From contig NZ_CAJYVU010000046.1 of the NCBI RefSeq assembly GCF_913778135.1, positions 3,928-67,927 of the forward strand: a stretch of 64,000 bases of DNA. Direction: 5' to 3'. The stretch is from an uncultured Sphingomonas sp. (GTDB lineage Bacteria > Pseudomonadota > Alphaproteobacteria > Sphingomonadales > Sphingomonadaceae). The notes beneath the pieces are model-generated. The model ran no database searches. It was not told the origin of the DNA and worked only from the letters and a program-made list of their open reading frames with translations. Made by a program: the position numbers and the translations under genes. Below, one piece after another: positions 60,809 through 64,000 of the stretch. The number at the start of each line of letters is the position of its first letter. The first letter of the stretch is position 1.

Positions 60809-62620
60809 TTACTGAACCCCGTGCATCCAGCGCTTGATGAAGGGCGACAGCGCCAGCAGCACCGCACCGATGATGGCGGCGGTCAGCCCGATGGTCCAGA
60901 ACACCTGATTGTAGGTGTCGAGGCTGACCTTCAGGTTGGTCACCTGCCCGCCGACCGTTTCGACCGAGGCGACCTGCGCCACGATGCCCGCGACATATTG
61001 CGCGACCGAGATCGACAGGAACCATACGCCCATCATCAATCCGACGATGCGCGCGATCGACAGCTTGGTGATCATGCTCAACCCCACCGGCGAGATGCAC
61101 AGTTCGGCGACCGAGTGGATCAGGTACAGCCCGGCGAGCCACCAGATCGCGACCTTGAAGTCTTGGCCGGCGAACTGTCCGCCCCAGACGAGGAACAGGA
61201 AGCCCAGGCCGACGCCGATCAGCGCGAGGCCGAACTTGACGGGGATCGTCGGCTCGATCCCGCGTGCGGCCAGCTTGGTCCACAGGATCGACATGACCGG
61301 CGCGAGTGCCACGATGAAGAACGCGTTGAAGAACTGCGTCTGCGGCGCGGTGATCGCGAAGCTTCCTGCGATCGTCAGGTCGGTGTTGCGGTCGGCGAAC
61401 AGCGTCAGGCTCGACCCCGCCTGCTCGAACAGGGTCCAGAATACGACATTGAACACGATCAGGATCATCGCCGCCAGCATCATCTGGAACTCGGCCTTGC
61501 TGCCCTTCGCGTACGACCAGATCAGGATGCCCGGCACGCTGACCAGGAAGGTGCCGAACAGCAGCTTACCCATCAGCGACAGGGAGGCGATATAGCCGAG
61601 AATGCCCGAGCCGGGTTCGGGCGCGGTCGAGTTCATCAGATTGACGAACAGGAAGTAGAACACCGGCACCGCCAGGATCGCGCCGGCGAAGATCGCGAGC
61701 GTGCGGTCGGGCCCCGCGCGCACCGGCGCTTCGCCGATACCGTTCAGCTTCCCGCCGTTGAACTGGATCAGCGCCCAGGAGATCAGCATGCCTGCGGCCG
61801 CAAGGCCGAAGCCCGCCCACCAGCCGACCTTGTCGGCGAGCAGCGGGCAGAGCAGCTGCGAGCCGAGCGAGCCGAGATTGATCCCCATGTAGAAGATCGT
61901 GAACCCCGCGTCGCGGCGACGGTCGCCGCCGGCGTAGAGCTCGCCCACCATTGTCGAGATGTTGGGCTTGAAGAAGCCGTTACCGACCGAGATCAGGCTG
62001 AGCGCGATGAGCAGCACCGCGGTCAGCAGCGCGCTACGCTCACCGCCCGTCTCGAACCCGCCCTTGGCGACGGTCTGCGCGACCGACTTGTCTGGGTTGA
62101 GCAGCGAGACCGAACCGTCCTCGTTGCCCTTGATCTCCAGCCGCCCCTGCGGGGTGACGAGGTAGCGCACCTCGGCCGTGGCACTCGTCGGCGCATCGCG
62201 GAAACCGTCGACCTGAACTTCGTAGCGCTGCCCGTCGATCGTCGCGTACGGCCGGGCCGTCTCGCCGCCGAAGCAGAGCGTGAAATAACCGATCGCCATC
62301 ATGATAGCGCCGAACTTCACCGACCGCTTGGAGCCGAGATACTGGTCGGCCAAATAGCCGCCTACCAGCGGGGTCAAATACACCAGCGCGGTGAACCCGC
62401 CGTACAGGCCCGTCGCCTCGCGGTCGCCGAACACGAAATGCTTGGTGAGATACAGCGTCAGGAGCGCGCGCATCCCGTAGTAACCGAACCGCTCCCACAT
62501 CTCGGTGGTGAACAGCCGTGCGAGCTGGCGCGGATGGCCGAACCAGGTTTCCTCCGCCGCCGGATTGGTGTGGGTGATATCGGGCTCGCCGCGATTGTCG
62601 GCCGTCGGGGTGTCCACCAT
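60809..62620 (-). CDS. POT family peptide:H+ symporter
   Basis: FTTEMWERFGYYGMRA, GNGFFKPNISTMVG, AGFTIFYMGINLGS, ELCISPVGLS. Confidence 0.93.
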   Translation of the reverse strand: MVDTPTADNRGEPDITHTNPAAEETWFGHPRQLARLFTTEMWERFGYYGMRALLTLYLTKHFVFGDREATGLYGGFTALVYLTPLVGGYLADQYLGSKRSVKFGAIMMAIGYFTLCFGGETARPYATIDGQRYEVQVDGFRDAPTSATAEVRYLVTPQGRLEIKGNEDGSVSLLNPDKSVAQTVAKGGFETGGERSALLTAVLLIALSLISVGNGFFKPNISTMVGELYAGGDRRRDAGFTIFYMGINLGSLGSQLLCPLLADKVGWWAGFGLAAAGMLISWALIQFNGGKLNGIGEAPVRAGPDRTLAIFAGAILAVPVFYFLFVNLMNSTAPEPGSGILGYIASLSLMGKLLFGTFLVSVPGILIWSYAKGSKAEFQMMLAAMILIVFNVVFWTLFEQAGSSLTLFADRNTDLTIAGSFAITAPQTQFFNAFFIVALAPVMSILWTKLAARGIEPTIPVKFGLALIGVGLGFLFLVWGGQFAGQDFKVAIWWLAGLYLIHSVAELCISPVGLSMITKLSIARIVGLMMGVWFLSISVAQYVAGIVAQVASVETVGGQVTNLKVSLDTYNQVFWTIGLTAAIIGAVLLALSPFIKRWMHGVQ

Positions 62621-62749
62621 TGTTCGAAATACGCTCCCTGAACTTACGTTCACGCTTACACTGATGCGGCGCGCGCGATGGTTGCACAGGAGACTAGCGG
62701 CTGAGATCGCGCTGTAAATACGCGTTAACACTTCCTAGATGCCGCACCC

Positions 62750-63328
62750 ATGTTCAACGATCGCTCCTCACTCCTCGCGCATCTCGCCACCCGCCGCTCG
62801 GGCAAGCCGCGCGATTTGGTCGCGCCCGGCCCCGATCACGCCGAACTGGTGCAGATGATCACGCTCGCCGCGCGCACCCCCGATCACGGAAAGCTCGCGC
62901 CGTGGCGGTTCGTGATCGTGCGCGACGACCAGCGCGTGCGGCTCGCCGAATTGCTGGTGGAGGCCTACCGCGCCGAGAAGCCGGAGGCACGGCAGGCGGA
63001 GCTGGACAACATGGTCCAGTTTGCGACCCAGGCACCAGCGCTGGTGGTCGCGCTCTCCTCCCCCAAGACCGACAACAAGATTCCGTTGTGGGAACAGGAG
63101 CTGTCGGCGGGCGCGGCGTGCATGAACCTGCTCCATGCAGCGCACGCGCATGGGTTCGCGGCGGGCTGGCTGACCGGCTGGCCGGCCTTCTCCGACCGCG
63201 TCCGAGATGCGTTCGGGAAAGCGACAGAGCGGATCACCGGATTCATCTTCATCGGCACGCCGGGCCGCGCGCTCGACGAACGGCCGCGTCCCGCGATTGA
63301 ACAGGTTTGGAGCGACTGGCAGGGTTGA
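62750..63328 (+). CDS. Nitroreductase family protein (YdjA-like)
   Basis: TRRS, RTPDHGKLAPWRF, GWLTGW, GFIFIGT. Confidence 0.9.
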   Translation: MFNDRSSLLAHLATRRSGKPRDLVAPGPDHAELVQMITLAARTPDHGKLAPWRFVIVRDDQRVRLAELLVEAYRAEKPEARQAELDNMVQFATQAPALVVALSSPKTDNKIPLWEQELSAGAACMNLLHAAHAHGFAAGWLTGWPAFSDRVRDAFGKATERITGFIFIGTPGRALDERPRPAIEQVWSDWQG

Positions 63329-63376
63329 AGCGTGGGCGAGGCTCGACTCCGTTCCCATTTGCTGTATTAACGCAGC

Positions 63377-63733
63377 ATGGCAGCACTGAGCAACGAGGAC
63401 AGCCCGGTTTACATCCGGCTGCGCGCAACCATCGCCGCGGGGATCCTGCGCGGTGACTTCGTGGCGGGCGATCAGCTCCCCTCGGTGCGTGCGCTCGCGG
63501 CCGAACACGGTGCCAACCCGTTGACGGTCGCGAAGGCGTATCAGAGCTTCCAGGACGACGGCTATGTCGAGGTGCGCCGCGGTGTCGGCATGTTCGTGCT
63601 CGCGGGCGCGGCGGAGCGGCTGCGCCAGGCCGAACGCGACAATTTCGTCGCCAATCAATGGCCCCGCATCCGCGGCTATATCGACCTGCTCGGGCTCGAT
63701 GCCGCCGATCTGCTCGAACGCAGCAACGCCTAA
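63377..63733 (+). CDS. GntR (YtrA-like) transcriptional regulator
   Basis: QLPSVRALA, NPLTVAKAY, RRGVGMFV. Confidence 0.9.
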   Translation: MAALSNEDSPVYIRLRATIAAGILRGDFVAGDQLPSVRALAAEHGANPLTVAKAYQSFQDDGYVEVRRGVGMFVLAGAAERLRQAERDNFVANQWPRIRGYIDLLGLDAADLLERSNA

Positions 63734-63784
63734 TTCCCGCGAGTACCCGCGCAACCGGGTAAAGGCTCAGCCGTTGTCGCGGGC

Positions 63785-64000
63785 ATGAGCCTGATCGCTT
63801 CCGTCCTGCTCGCCAGCGCCGCCGCCGCGCCCTCTGCCACCCCTGCCGCCGCCCGCGCCGTCGTCCAGCGTTACTACGCGGCGATCGACCGCCGCGACTA
63901 TCGCAGCGCCTATCGGTCGTGGTCGCGCGGCGGGCAGGCCAGCGGGCAGAGCTATCAGCAATTCGTCCGTGGCTTCGCCAACACGCGCCATACCAGTGTC
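63785..64000 (+). CDS. Secreted hypothetical protein, 3' truncated
   Basis: Manual translation MSLIASVLLASAAAAPSATPAAARAVVQRYYAAIDRRDY...; open to window end. Confidence 0.6.
   Translation, partial: MSLIASVLLASAAAAPSATPAAARAVVQRYYAAIDRRDYRSAYRSWSRGGQASGQSYQQFVRGFANTRHTSV

Noticed and set aside
62639-62652. TGAAC-TTAC-GTTCA palindrome resembling a Firmicutes LexA box
   Set aside because: Wrong LexA type for an alphaproteobacterium; may be a local operator but unsupported

Overview
High-GC alphaproteobacterial chromosome segment; gene content and order suggest Sphingomonas (inference). Housekeeping flanks (hisG-hisD, nusB, thiL, hppA, infA-maf-rng-yacG-tRNA-Phe on the left; DUF1501/DUF1800, an ECF sigma module, dctBD-dctA-TonB receptor, POT transporter on the right) enclose a complete 30.5 kb Tn7-like transposon (14110-44645) inserted just downstream of tRNA-Phe(GAA). 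The element has 19-bp terminal inverted repeats (17/19 match) that begin 5'-TA instead of the usual TG, a perfect 5-bp target duplication (AGATG), repeated internal end motifs and a central tnsA-tnsB-tnsC-tniQ/tnsD operon. The left cargo is a candidate anti-phage island. It holds a TIR-STAND-TPR protein, two ThsB-like TIR proteins with no ThsA, a nucleoside-deoxyribosyltransferase-like protein, a membrane patatin, and a thymidine-modification-like cassette (Nmad2, thymidylate-synthase-like fused to DUF1599/Nmad1, TylF-type O-methyltransferase, 5-hmdU DNA kinase-like helical protein). A perfect alphaproteobacterial LexA box sits at the divergent promoter of this island and a second precedes a SRAP operon. 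The right cargo is mostly small regulators and secreted proteins. All family assignments come from motif recognition by eye; no database search was run.
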